Source: Ascidiella aspersa
Taxonomy: Eukaryota
DNA length: 64,000 nucleotides
NCBI GenBank assembly: GCA_963924565.1
Contig: OZ004607.1
Coordinates: 2,480,001-2,544,000 of the forward strand
Direction of reading: 5' to 3'
A model generated the notes under the pieces. That model made no database searches and was not told where the DNA came from. It saw nothing but the letters and a program-made list of their open reading frames with translations. Both the position numbers and the translations under genes were made by a program. This document shows positions 11,977-24,835 of this stretch, piece by piece; within the stretch, counting starts at the first letter, position 1; each line of letters opens with the position of its first letter.

Positions 11977-12349
11977 CACCTTTAAGTTTGGCATATTTAT
12001 TAAAATTAAGCATTTGATATTGAAGAGTTAATCTAGGTCAACTTTTTTCCTTTCACACGGCAGCCTTAGTAACATTATCAATTTGACCAGAATTTAGTTG
12101 TTCTGTTCAAAAACTAGCCCCATTAGCACCAATTGATATACATCAAACAACACTACTTGTACTTTATATTCCATTTGTATTAAAATATGAATATAGCTTT
12201 TGAACTGTAGGGCCAAGTCACATTGAAACCACCAAAAAATAAATAAATATATTTGCAAACGGCAAACTAGAAATGACTACTAACCGTAGAGATAGTATAA
12301 AATTTTTCCAACATCAAAGTTTCCACTCCAATCCTAGCTGGTAAATAAA

Positions 12350-12725
12350 CCCAGCCATCCGTTACATAAAAACCAGTCATCCGTTAAGTAAAACTAGACA
12401 TGCGTTACACAAAACCAACCATGCGTATATAAACCATGCGTTCGGGGCTTAGGCAAATGAAAGTTGTTCGTTTAGAATGCACTTCTGTAATGCTTGCAGT
12501 GGCATATAGTTAAACAAAGTGAGGTCAAAGTGTTGCTTTGGTATTTATGTCACCTGTATATTTAGATTACATTATATTTATCGTCGACCTGACAGAATAA
12601 AACTAACGACAGCTAGGCCACAGTTTTAATCTTGTACATCAAAATAAATGAAGCACTATAGGACACTGAAGAATGCGTTATGCTGAGTAGCTTTTGTTTA
12701 AAGTTGTTTACAGTGCTGGTAAGTG
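12350..12725 (+). promoter_or_regulatory. Putative promoter and non-coding first exon of ZNF-B
   Basis: Five ~22-bp-spaced CAT(G/C)CGT motifs, then donor CTG|GTAAGT at 12719. The same donor is present in the paralog at 39654. Confidence 0.5.
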
Positions 12726-13902
12726 TGATTCTAATCAGTGGAAGCCAGTTGAGTATTAATTTAAATCTCGGTGGTTTGTATGTGTTGGGTTAGGAAAGCA
12801 ACAATTTCGTCAAGAATAAATGAGAATTTATTAAAGCAAAATTCGCCAAACCATTTCAAACAATAGTAAGAATAAGAGCATTTAAAAAGCAGCATCGAAT
12901 ACTCGAGCAGCCACTGATTAAACCTTTTTTGTTGTCACGATCTGCTGCTACGCTCCAGTGCGCACGGTGCTAGTAATATAACCTGAGGCTTTTGTAAGTT
13001 AACTTAGGTCCAGTAATTTCCTGACAGTAAACTGCAGCAAGATGCAACCTTAGAAATATTAGGAGCTATTTCATTATAGTAAGTATTTTCCAGAAAATGT
13101 TGCAACTAACTTTTGCAATTACAGTATTATATATAGGTTCAGTGTACCTTTCTGCAATTAGACTATTATAATATAGGTTTGTACCATTCTAATAGTTAAA
13201 TTGACTAGAGCTACTAGCGAGTCTGTGATGTTTTGTGTGGCTTTACGTTCATGTTATATTTGTGTGTTTTTTTTAGATGTGCAGTGCAGATTTTCTTAGG
13301 TTACTAAAGTTAGCATTACCATTTTGAACCGTATAACTAGATATTTGAAGATTTTAGTTATCTAATATCCAATGGTTATTTAAAATGAATAGTAACGTTG
13401 TTGCAATAATCCTCCCATGAATGTGGGGTTTGCAAATAACGCATGAATTCAGAATTAAGTGGATAATATATTAAGTTGGCACTGGAAGAAAGAAAGGTTT
13501 TTTGCATAATACATGTTAACACTGTTGCTCAAAATTTGCTGATTAACTTATGACAATTACGTCTATTACGTCACACGCTTGCTTGTTTTCTGCTGCTAAT
13601 GCTATAGTTTTTTTTATTGTTAACTACTTGTGTTGTTGGCTGATTTAGTAGTTGTAGGTAATTCGTTAACGAGTATTTCTATTTGCAGAAAAGAGTTTTT
13701 TGAATGTTAACGTCTATAATTACGCCACTGATATAATAGTTCATGCAAATTGCTAGATTGTCCATTTTGGTATTTCATTGGTTTGCTGATTTCGTTTATA
13801 TATGAAAACCGCATTCGTGGTGCGTATTAAACACGTCGATTGGCATCCTGACTAAAAGAAACTTTTCAAGTTATAACAGTAAAAAGAGCTACTAAGTTTT
13901 GC

Positions 13903-14232
13903 GACACAGTAAGTTGGAAAAATGGATTGTGGCTCTTTGTGAACAACACAGTAAGTTAGAAGTTAGGAAAATGGCTCTTTATAAATAATACAGTAACTTA
14001 GAATTAAGGAATGGGTTTTGGCAGATAATATAGTTAATTAGAAGTAGGAAATTTGGCTCATTGCGGATAATACAGTAAGTTAGAAGTAGGAAATTTGGCT
14101 CATTGCGTATAATACAGTAAGTTAGAAGTAAGAAATTTGTTTTTGCAGATAATACAGTAGTAACTTAGAAGTAAGGTATGTGTTTTTGCAAATAATACAG
14201 TAAGTTAGAAGAAAGAAAGGTCGCTCATTGCG
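13903..14232. repeat. ~42-bp minisatellite, ~8 units (ATAATACAGTAAGTTAGAAGTAGGAAATTTGGCTCATTGCG)
   Basis: Tandem degenerate units visible directly. Confidence 0.88.
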
Positions 14233-14423
14233 AATAATAAAGCATCCAAATGGTGGCCAACCCATGACGAACGCATTGTGCTCTCAGATTCCCTAAAGCA
14301 CTTTTAATACAGACTTGTGTTGTGTTTTCAAAGTTTAACTGGCTGGTTATATTTTAGACACAATATAGGTTGGATGACAACATGAATAAATGTGCTGAGT
14401 TTTTAGCATTTAAAAGAGAAAAC

Positions 14424-15395
14424 ATGTCGAACTACGAGATTGGAGTTACATCAAAAGATTTCCAATATGAGAACGATGATGATATTTCTAATCATCCTGT
14501 TGCCACGGTTACAGATTGTTCTTCACAAGAACATCAACCTGTGAAAGAAGAGTCTGATTGTGAAGAACAAAGTGACTTATATCAAATGGATACGAGAAAA
14601 GAACAAAGTAAGAGTCTTTCAACACAGAATACAGAGTTCCGATGTCACGTTTGCGAAAAGGTGTTTGAACATCAAAAACAGCTTAACTTACATTTGTCCA
14701 AGATTCACTTCAAGAAACACAAATGCAAGGTTTGTGGAAAACTGTTTGGTAGAAATTTCGACCTCGAAAGCCACATGCGAACTCACACTGGCGAAAAGCC
14801 TTTCAAATGTGCTTATTGCGATAAATGTTTCAGCCATGCTCAAACCTTAACAATACACAAACGAATTCACACTGGGGAAAGACCGTATGAGTGCAAAGAA
14901 TGCGGAAAATGTTTTGCCTATTTGGCCAGTCACAGAAATCACGAAAGAATTCACACTAGGGAAACACCTTTTCAATGTAAAGAGTGTGGAAAATGTTTTA
15001 TTCATGCACGAAGCCTCAGTTCTCATAAAACAACTCACACTGGAGAAAAACCATATAAGTGCAAAAAATGTGGAAAGTGCTTTAGCCAGGCAGAAAGTCT
15101 GAAAGCTCATCATAGGATTCACACTGGAGATAAACCTTACAAATGTGAAGAATGTGGAATGTGCTTTAGCCGGACATCAGATCTCAAAGCTCATCATAGG
15201 ATTCACACTGGAGAAAAACCTTACAAATGTGAAGAATGTGGAAAGTGTTTTCGCCAGATATCACATCTCGAAGCTCATCATAGGATTCACACTGGAGAAA
15301 AACCTTACAAATGTGAAGAATGTGGAAAGTGTTTTCGCCAGACATCAAGTCTTAATAAACACAAAAAAACGCACTCCAAAGAAGAAACGCTTTAA
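14424..15395 (+). CDS. C2H2 zinc-finger protein, 9 fingers, acidic leader (ZNF-B)
   Basis: Open ORF. Start placed at AAACATGTCG, homologous to paralog starts; an upstream in-frame ATG also exists. Fingers 6-9 are recent internal duplicates. Confidence 0.92.
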   Translation: MSNYEIGVTSKDFQYENDDDISNHPVATVTDCSSQEHQPVKEESDCEEQSDLYQMDTRKEQSKSLSTQNTEFRCHVCEKVFEHQKQLNLHLSKIHFKKHKCKVCGKLFGRNFDLESHMRTHTGEKPFKCAYCDKCFSHAQTLTIHKRIHTGERPYECKECGKCFAYLASHRNHERIHTRETPFQCKECGKCFIHARSLSSHKTTHTGEKPYKCKKCGKCFSQAESLKAHHRIHTGDKPYKCEECGMCFSRTSDLKAHHRIHTGEKPYKCEECGKCFRQISHLEAHHRIHTGEKPYKCEECGKCFRQTSSLNKHKKTHSKEETL

Positions 15396-16898
15396 AACAA
15401 AACTTCTGTTTAGCTTTGAATCTTGCAAAAACACATATTTGTAAAACTTATAGGTAACATAGAAAACACAGAAATACCAAACACAAACTTTGCAAAAAAG
15501 AATCCACAATGGTTGTAAATAATTAAAAATATATCTTCAATTTGAAGGAAATGTAAATATATTCGAGCTTCGAACATATATCGATGGGCAACTTCCTATG
15601 CTGGACTTATGCTACTTCAACAAAAGTAAAAACGGCGGATTTTTTACCACCGAACCGTTAGAGTATCTATTATCATTAAAACAGTTGCTTTAAAGTGTGA
15701 AGTCTTCACTTAATATTGTTAGTTTTCTGATCGAAATGGTTTTAAAGCGTTTGTAATTGTCGATGTACAATTTGTGTTTCAAACGTTTTAATGACATTTA
15801 CGCTTCGCATTTAAAAATGTAAGCCATCTTGTAGCGTAAAGGAAAATACAAATTACATGTTTTGTGTTTTATAATAAAAATGATTATTCAACAACACGCA
15901 TCCGAGGTTTTTGGAAAGAGTTGCGTATTTAAAACCACACAGAAATTAACATTACAGAAAAACATTTGAGTGCAAAATATGTCAAAAATGTGAGGTTATG
16001 ATACAAGTCTTTCAAATACTTTAATTACGCATAATGGAAACTTAGATTTAAATTTTTTCTGGTATTTAATCCTAGTTATACGTTGATTCAGCTTTTCAAT
16101 TTATCTTTACGTCGTCCGAGTGCGACTGTGGTAATAACTTTTAACACAACACGATTTCATTTTCTCGCTCAAGGCAATTTCCTTTAACTAGATTTGCTGC
16201 AATAAACTAAATATAATAAGCATACCTGGATGTTGGTGTTTCTGTTGTTTCCGTTTACATTTTTGGATATATAAGTTAGTGGTATTTTAAAGTTTTATAG
16301 TTATTAGACAATTTTGACGCAAAAGTGTAACTTGCATTCTACAATTCATGAGTTTAAGCATCTGCATTAAATTAATGAAAATATATATATTTATGCAACC
16401 ACGCGAGGGCTCTGAAGCCACAACAGAAGGTTGAAACATGAAAACAAATGATGAATATCATGGTAATTTTACAGAGTGGGTTCTTTAAAGCCACTGTAAT
16501 AGCTCAACATCGTCGTGTTTATGTTCTTCGAAGCAGCAACACTGAAATAATACAACAACACAGGATAAACTAGTTTGTTACGGAATTATACAAAAATATT
16601 ATTTCTGATTTGAATCAATTTAATCATAATTAATGCTGTAGATGCGCAACAGAACTTTATCAATCTTTGAAACAAAAAGCCACAGTTTTTAAACCTGTTA
16701 ATGTATACTTTGTTTGTACCTGGATAATATACGAAATAGAACGCGTTCTTGCAGTGAACTTAATACTGGTTTCGGTTTGCCCATCAAGACAGCACGGTGT
16801 TCTAAGGTGAAAATGTTTATAATTGTTTAAAACTAAATCAGTTATAAATCAAGACATCATGGTACAAGCGTCTAATCTCATTCGCAGCTGCGATAAAT

Positions 16899-17065
16899 AA
16901 CACTCTGCTAGCAGCAGCGTTGCGGGGATCGAACCCGTCGTTATCCTGGCTTACTGTTCAGTGTTCGCCGCTTTGTCAATCCGGCGCCAGGACAATTATC
17001 ACCGTTTATCTGAACAGGAAGCATCTTGTCGTTCGACCCGATAAAACCAACCAAGCAAATGTGTT
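16899..17065 (-). ncRNA. Candidate Pol III structured RNA (vault-RNA-like or tRNA-SINE-like), copy A
   Basis: B box GGTTCGATCC; terminal panhandle; internal 10-bp stem; conserved in 5 copies. Confidence 0.45.
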
Positions 17066-17555
17066 TAACGTCATATTAGTGTTTGTACTGAGTGCAGTTT
17101 ACTGTACAAGGCTGAACAGACTAGTTGCTGGAGATATCTTTTGGGAATTTTAATAAATCAAAGGCTTTAAAGCTGTATGGAATATTTAAAATATATACAT
17201 TTGTTAATTTTATTTTGTATTGCAAGCCATTTATATACTACAATGACCGCCGATTGTTTAAGTATGCCGAGTTAGGTTTTCATTAGGTCTATCTAACTTC
17301 TAATTAATGCCAGCAGATATAAATTTGATAAAGGGTTGGTGATATTTCTTATAAACGCACTTTAATCCGGTAGCTAGAAATTCGTGAAAGCTTTAGAAAC
17401 AATGAATGGAAGCTAAGGTAGTTTAAAGTAGATTTTAACATCATAAGAACTAGAGCTATTTCAAACAGTTGTTGTTAATATAAAGTAGCTGGGAGAGATA
17501 TAATTTCATGCAAAGCTCGTTTTCATGCGCTAGGGAGCTTTGTAATCCTATATAC

Positions 17556-18394
17556 CAGACCTGGGCAACATACGGCGGCCAGCGTAAAATTTTTCCCAAA
17601 ATACATATAATCATCTTAAACACTCTTTACAGAGATGGATCTATTCATGACCCCACAAAACCTTATTTTTATCCTGTTTTGAATACTAAAATGTAAATTG
17701 TTTTCGCGGTTCGCGCGAATCTTTTCTGACAAAAGCGTTCTCAGCATTATGCTACTCTCTCCAACGAAAGTTTAACAATCCTATCCTAATTTTATATACA
17801 TTTTAAGCTTCGGTCGAATGTATTCCGCCTATAAAATATGAACTAAATACTAGCCGATTTCCAAACTCTGAAACATACCGATTCGCATTTTGTCAACCTA
17901 ATTTAGTTAATGAATGCTATGTTGTGTGTTTCTCCCGATTTATATCGTCTTTGCAATATGGCCGTTGTATCACAAAACTTGAAGCCTCGAAAAGCAAAGT
18001 AAACATTGTAAGTTTTTTCTGAGACGTTTTTACGCATTTTAATCTTAAATTTTGAGTCAACTCGCCCACAACTTGATAAATTCTAATACAAGATATCTAC
18101 GTTTTGTATTTGTGCTCAATGCGTCACGTCTTAATATCTAAATTAAAGTTGGTATTTTAAAACAAATATACTGGCATTTTTGTTACGACGTCTTCTTCAA
18201 ATTCGACTTAAATTGCAATTTTTCAAGCTACAAACGTAACAACAAACTACGTAACAAGTTCGTTGGCCTATTTGTTTTATACCGCCAGAGCAAGACGTCA
18301 CACTGCGTGTATTTAAGATCCTATTTTTGACCTGGCCCGCTACAACATTTTAAGTTTGTCAAGTTGTCCGCGGTTAAAAAAATGTCCGCTCCTG
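17556..18394. mobile_element. Non-autonomous hAT element
   Basis: CAG...CTG termini, GGCCCG subterminal motif, perfect TSD CTATATAC. Confidence 0.85.
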
Positions 18395-18859
18395 CTATAT
18401 ACTTATGTTTCAATTGCCTAAGTGAATATTGTACTATAAACATTAGTACCGCTTATTTGAAATATATTATCGCCGTGAAACGTCGTTGTGGTTGTGATAT
18501 CCTTACTTCTGTCGTCTAATTATAATCAATTGCCAATTAAATGTTATTGGGCAAGCGGCGAACTTGTAATATCAATGCGCTTCTTTGAAATGCGTTTGTA
18601 CTGCAAAGTAACACTCGATCGTCAAGATAAGCTGTATAGGTTTACTAACAAAGTCGGGGCAATACACATGGGTTTGCAGAACCGACTCTAGTAATGTTGC
18701 ATTCTTCGCAGTGAAGAATGGTTGCGGTATGGACATTATAAATTATTACAGTCGATATTTAAACGCGCCTTAATTTAATGTTATAAGGTTAGCTTGACCA
18801 TCTTTCTTGGGCTGTTAATTTGATAAATCAGTAATAAATATAATTCAAGACATTTTTAT

Positions 18860-18932
18860 CTTTCAGGAAATAAATAAACATGTCAAAACACCAGACCGAT
18901 TTTGCAACAAAATATTTGAAAAACGAAAGCTC
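18860..18932 (+). pseudogene. ZNF 5' remnant (acceptor plus MSKHQTDFATKYLKNES), body deleted
   Basis: TTTCAG...AAACATGTCA matches the family start; homology stops after ~17 codons. Confidence 0.7.
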
Positions 18933-19544
18933 AATAATTTCCACCCCTAGGCTTGGATTTCAATTTACAGTGCATTTCAATGGTTTCAGTTCGCCAAACA
19001 AGACATAATAGTGTTCTATCAATATTGGTTCATTTTTCCTTATTACTGCTATAGATTTTGTTCGTCGAAATGGTATTGATATAATGCGTTTTATTTTTAC
19101 CTGTGATTTAAACTATAGTTGTTGCCAAATGTGTTTAAGCTGAATTTTGCGATCCAAGCAAATATTGTAAGTTGATTATGGACATTAATGTTTTAAAAAG
19201 CGTTACTTGTTAAAAGTGAATATATATATAAAGGTCACAGTCCATTATACACATATCCAATAACAGATCCTTCTTAAATAATTGAACCGCAAATGGTTCT
19301 TCGTAATTTCTACATTTTATGTGTGTTCGCAATTTCCAACGTTTGTTGCTATAATCAGTCATTTCGCTGTAAACGTTTGTAATGCTAATTTGAAATATAT
19401 TTATTATCTCCGTAAGACATCGTTAGCATAAGCGTTTAATTGTGTGATACCCTTCCTACATTTATCTAATCATTACTAAGTGCCAATCTAAATATTAAGT
19501 GTCATATCTAATTATTATTAAGTATTTTGGAAAATATTTCTAAA

Positions 19545-19660
19545 AGTTTTTGCTATGTACAAGAGAAAACCACATACGAGAATTCAAACTGAAGAAAAAA
19601 CCTTTGGTCTCAACAATATTGAAATACTTTTAAATCGATCAGCAAATCTCAATTTGTTCA
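19545..19660 (+). pseudogene. Highly decayed zinc-finger remnant
   Basis: CATACGAGAATTCAAACTGAAGAAAAAACCTTT resembles H[10 protein letters not shown]; duplicate at ~30030-30145. Confidence 0.5.
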
Positions 19661-19982
19661 AAATTGTAAATCTAACAAAGAAAAGAAATATTCTTCTTGA
19701 ATTATGAATGCACAAAACTAGAACTGTGTTATCGGGAAAATATCATATTTCTCGTCTCTTTCATTGTTATAGGTCATGTTGCGCAGCATTGGAAAACTCT
19801 CAACAAGTGAATGGCAACATGTGTAACGGAAGTTATGTGGCCGTTCTTGGTGGTTTCTTACATTGTGTTTACACGCGCAAAAGGTGTTAGGGTTATATTG
19901 CGGTCTTTAAAGCAGTAAATACTTTAGTTTGGTTTATTGTCAAACGTACAAGCGTCTTATCTCATTTGCAACTGCAATAAAT

Positions 19983-20056
19983 AACACTCTGCAAGCAGCA
20001 GCGTTGAAGGAAGCATCTTGTCGTTCGACCTGATAAACCAATCAAGCAAATGTGTT
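19983..20056 (-). ncRNA. Internally deleted copy B of the candidate structured RNA
   Basis: Both terminal arms retained; ~95 nt including the B box deleted. Confidence 0.4.
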
Positions 20057-20641
20057 GAACGTCATAGTAGTGTCTGTACTGAGGGGAGTTCACTGTACAA
20101 GGCTGTACAGACTATAAGTTGCTGTAAATATATTTTGGTAATAGTAATTAATGAAAGGCTTTAAGGCTGAAAGGAATATTAAAGTATATACATTTGTTAA
20201 TTTTATGTTTTATTACAAGCCATTTATATACAACACTACAGCCGATAAAGTACAACGTTTTTAGTACGCCGAATCAGGTTTTCATTAGGCCTATCTATAA
20301 CTTCTAATTGATGCCAGAAAAAGAGATGGTTATATTTCTTACTAAACCTTAAGCTTTACAGTGCATTTAAAGATATAACATAAACGTAATAGAAGCAAAT
20401 AGAATTCTAGGCTTTCATTAACTACTTGAATACGAGGTCGACGGTTCGCTTTGATAACAACTTTGTCGTTGTTTCCTGTTTGTTTGTACAACAATTATAG
20501 AACGTCTTTATGCCTAAACGTGGCGCATTTATTAAGGGATTTAATACACTTAGCATTTAGCCAACTATATGCACACTCTATTTTCTGGTGCTTGTGCTTC
20601 TGGCAAATTCCCAGCAAGTTCCTACTAACAAGATGCAGCAG

Positions 20642-20724
20642 GTCTGCGTAGTTCAGTTGATAGAGACGGTCCCGGTTAGAGACAGTGCCGGTATGGCGGG
20701 AGGTTTTCTAACCTCACCACAGAC
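20642..20724 (+). mobile_element. tRNA-derived SINE head or tRNA pseudogene
   Basis: Acceptor-like GTCTGCG/CACAGAC, A-box-like TAGTTCAGTTGATAGAG, T-arm remnant; relatives at 31163, 48975 and 60236. Confidence 0.6.
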
Positions 20725-21146
20725 TAATTTTCCGGATGCAGCAGTCAATAGTGCTATGGTTGTTTCTCGACCTTCTCACAGCAATCTGCTTAGCAATTAC
20801 TTGATACATCGACAGTTACTTTATGACCGTGGTCCTGAGTTCTAGTTTCATTACAAGGTAATTTTACGAACAGTTTACAAACGAGGAAACAGATTTAACA
20901 GCCTCTCTCTCTGCCTAATAAATGGATGCTTAATGTTATGGTAATTATGCCAAATAAGGTCCCAAATCGTACGCATTGACATTATGTATACATCACATAT
21001 TACAGCTATATTTTTTAGAATTATTGAAGATTTCTAGAATTGCTTATTATTGCGTAGTAATCTTGTGAGTCTCAGAAACAAAGTAGACAACTTCAGGTGA
21101 ATAAAGTGCAATAGCAGATCATAAAAAAGGTGTTTTTATACCAAAC

Positions 21147-22940
21147 TGGAATTAACATTACACAAGAAACATGTGAACTGAAACCTAATGTTATAAAATG
21201 GCGTACGTCGGGCATAATGAAAATAGACCGACACATAATATTTATGTCGGAAAAAGTTAACCATCGGAAAGTTGTAAACTATTACTTGCGACCCCTTCTT
21301 ACAATTTTGCAAGATAAAAGTTTATTTTGGTTGCTGATCAAACTTCAACGCCTTTTTCGTTTTTATAATCGCTGTAAAATATTTAATGAATGTCGTCAAA
21401 CTTTTTGTTTCTATAACAACATGTCTTTTGGTATTTAAATTTAGATTATGGAGCAAAAATTTTAAAAGCATTTTACAAGTATGTTTAGTTAGGCTTGCCA
21501 AAGTAAAACGAGATACATACCGTTCACCAACCTCACACCTATACGTCCTTAGTTTGCCATTATTTTACTGTTAAACAGTTGTTTAATGGTATCGATGGAC
21601 AGGCAGGCTACTGTGTAACTCTATGTATATATGTTGCCTTCCGCTGTAATTTTGATTTCTAACGTTTGTTTGAAGCCTTCATTAAACATTACTACTCAAC
21701 ATTGCTTATTTGTAGTCACAATGCACGTGACTGTTGTCTACTGACGGGTGACCAAACCGAACAGTGGACTATCGGCGTTTTTCGATGCATTGTACTTTTT
21801 AAGACTTATAGACTAGCGACTTTAATAACCGGGTTATTTTATCGTGTGTTCTGAGATTTGTGAATATATATTCAACGAGCAATCAACTGAGTGAAGTGAC
21901 TCTTTCTAGGGTTCAAGAAGTGTAGGTCAGTCATTTAGGCGGCCTTACCTGTAAATACGTCTGCTAATCGCTAAATGCTATATACTGATACGCTATCAGT
22001 TCTTATAATGTTACTGCAAAACATAGCAATGCTGTATTTTGTTAATTCCATTCCTTAAAATCGAGCAGAAACTTTTGAGAAAAAATAAACGTCTTTAAAA
22101 ACTGCCAAATGACCCCAACCATGAATAATTTTAAAGTATATTTGATTTATTTGTTTCAACCCAAAAATAGAATACGCTTAATCTATTTGTACATGTAATC
22201 TATTTGTAACTATCCATGCGTTAGATTTAATCAGCCATGCGTTTCGTGCTTAACGAAACGGAAGTTATCAGTTTCAGAAAAGCTTTGCGATGTGTATAGT
22301 TGCATTTCTGTAAAGCAGGCAGTGGCATTTAGTTTAGCTTATCGCGGTAAAAGCGTTCAGCATTGCTTCTTAAAATTATGATTTATTTGTTAGAAAAATG
22401 ACAGCTATATACGTTTGCTTGGAAACTGCAGATGTGGTTATGATTATATAATATACATAAAAATTTAGTGTTTATGTGGCAGCTACATATTAACTAACCA
22501 CAGCTACATTATTAGGCCTTGTATATCAACACAATTGTCAATAAGGATGTACCATCATTAACCCTGTAAGAGGTTAAAGCCATTTATTATAAATGTATAC
22601 ATTACGCTCAGTGGCTTATTCAGTAATCTTCAACTTGTAGGTTAAGAGTAGTAATTTAGCCGTCCATAGATTTTGGTTTATGCTTCAGCTTACAGTATGC
22701 TTAAGCCTACAGTATTGTTTACAGCAGTGATTCCCAAACTGTGTGCCTCGAGAGACTACTAAGTGTGCCGCGAAACTTTTTGTTATTTCGGAAAATAAGT
22801 TGTTTGTATTATACAAACTGGCAAACACTTAGACTTAAACGCGCATTATAGCAATTACAAACAATCATGTTGAGACATTTACAAATAGTTTGTCGTATGG
22901 TAAGGGCGATTGTAAAATGACTCTATTGTTGTTCTGTTAA
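21147..22940 (+). repeat. Segmental duplication, paralog of ~27300-29110; 22090-23040 also matches ~6700-7710
   Basis: Near-identical sequence, including the shared hAT MITE at the same site. Confidence 0.9.
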
Positions 22941-22976
22941 AAGTGCGCCGCGAGTCAAAAAATTTGGGAACCACTG
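22725..22976. mobile_element. hAT MITE (duplicated copy of 7346-7643)
   Basis: Same TIRs and TSD GTTTACAG. Confidence 0.88.
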
Positions 22977-24070
22977 GTTTACAGTATGCCGGTAAAAAGC
23001 GAACAGACTGATGGAATGTCAATAACCTCCGCAGCGTTTCTTCTAGCTGTTTAAAAAACGAGCTACTGTATGAACGCGAGGAAGTATGAAGCAAAATGTT
23101 ATTAAACCCAGTTTTAATCCAGGGAGTGTATACCTTTTACAAAAAAGGTATAAACTATAGTGACATGTTTAGGCGATAATATGACGCAATAATAGACGAC
23201 ATTTGGTGATAGGGCCTCAGTGTGTGGCGAGCCAACTTATAATTGTAGTTCTAGTTTATCACTGCTTGTACTTACGCGAGACAAGGTTAAATCAATGTAT
23301 GTTTGCTCAAAATCTATTTTCTACATCTTATTGTAAACGTATAGCAGTCATCAGCCCTATACACATGTTTTGTCAGAATGAAAACAATTGCGTCCAAACT
23401 TTTATAAGTAATTCGTTATCATTATTAACATGTATTTTTAAATAGCATCGGGCTGGCACATTCGAATAACCAGTTCCAAACTTTTTGGTCAAGAGGCCGC
23501 TGTTAGTTTCGTCGCGATATTCGTTATCAATCTAATGGTGTTGTTGCGTTGTTTTTTTATTTCATTTTAAACCAAGCATTTTGAGAAGTTTGGAAAGCTT
23601 AGTTGCTATTGAAAGGTTCGGGTTCGATAAACGTTTTTTATGTTAATTGCGCAACAAACCAATAACAGTCTGGTCACAGATGTGCGCTTTTACATGAGAA
23701 AAAGGGAATTTAACTTACTTTCATTAATGAACAAAACTATTTATATAATATTAAAGAGCATTGGCCAGAGGTTGTGGTAATGCAGTGCTTCGTATTATTA
23801 GTGAGCTTATACTTGTTACTTTTCAGAAAGAAAAATTAAAACATGTCAAACCACCAAAGTGATTTTTGTACGAACTGACAAAAGAAAGCGAAGTTGGATT
23901 TTCTGATGATTCGGTTGACACGATTACAAATTGGTCATCACAAGAACATCAACCTGTAAGTGAAGCGTCCGATTGTGAAGAACAAAGCGACTTAGATCAA
24001 TTGGATATTTCTAAGAAGGATAGAAGTAAGAATAATCCAACAAAAGAAGGACAAAATTACAAACAACAAC

Positions 24071-24835
24071 ATGGAGTTTCGATGCAACATTTGCGAAAAG
24101 TTGTTTAAAAATCGTCGTAAGCTTAATATACATTTGTCCACAGTTCACTTCAAAAAACACAAATGCAAGAATTGTGGGCAACTTTTCGGGACTGCAACCG
24201 CACTTGAAATTCACATGCTAATTCACACTGGCGAAAAACATTTCAAATGTGCTTACTGCGATAAATGTTTCAACCATCCTCAAAACTTGAAAGTCCACGA
24301 ACGAATTCACACCGGGGAAAGACCACATGACTGCAAAGTTTGTGGAAAATGTTTCACTCATTTGTCTAGCCTCAAAACTCATAATAAAATACACACCGGA
24401 GAAAAACCTCACAAATGCAACGAATGTGGAAAGTGTTTTATCGTAATATCAAGTCTTAAACAACATGAAAGAGTTCACACTGGAGAAAAACCTTACAAAT
24501 GTGAAGAATGTGGAAAGTGTTTTAGCCTGGCAGGACATCTTAAAGAGCATAAAAGAGCTCATACTGGAGAAAAGCCATACAAATGCAACGAATGTGGAAA
24601 GTTTTATCGCCATGCCTCAAGTCTTAATAAACACAAAAGAACGCATCCTAAAATGAAACCTTTAAAACCAAAACTTGTGACTAGTTTTAAATCACACAAA
24701 CAGGAAATGAAACACAACAATGGTATGTTATATAAGTTCAAGATATATCTGCAATTTATAGAAAATATGAATAAGTGCGAGCTTCGAATATATATCAAAG
24801 TGCAACTTCCTATTCTGTATGCCACTTCAACTTAA
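24071..24835 (+). CDS. C2H2 zinc-finger protein, 7 fingers, leaderless (ZNF-C); possibly a pseudogene
   Basis: The ancestral ATG at 23843 reads 11 codons to TGA after a frameshift. The finger array is open from ATG 24071, and the C-terminus reads into the former 3' UTR. Confidence 0.65.
   Translation: MEFRCNICEKLFKNRRKLNIHLSTVHFKKHKCKNCGQLFGTATALEIHMLIHTGEKHFKCAYCDKCFNHPQNLKVHERIHTGERPHDCKVCGKCFTHLSSLKTHNKIHTGEKPHKCNECGKCFIVISSLKQHERVHTGEKPYKCEECGKCFSLAGHLKEHKRAHTGEKPYKCNECGKFYRHASSLNKHKRTHPKMKPLKPKLVTSFKSHKQEMKHNNGMLYKFKIYLQFIENMNKCELRIYIKVQLPILYATST

Larger units (their letters stand above)
18965..21130 (+). repeat. Segmental duplication, paralog of ~29640-31645
   Basis: Long colinear near-identity with a few indels. 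Confidence 0.85.

Noticed and set aside
20642-20724. Functional tRNA gene
   Set aside because: T-loop/B box and anticodon arm are disrupted; treated as a SINE or pseudogene.
21130-21438. 102-aa ORF repeated at 27372
   Set aside because: Inside a recent segmental duplication; not open in older paralogs (34.4, 51.4 kb); no domain.
22558-22577. TTAACCCTGTAAGAGGTTAA as a micro piggyBac remnant
   Set aside because: Only 12 bp between the TTAA sites with imperfect ends; cannot be distinguished from chance.
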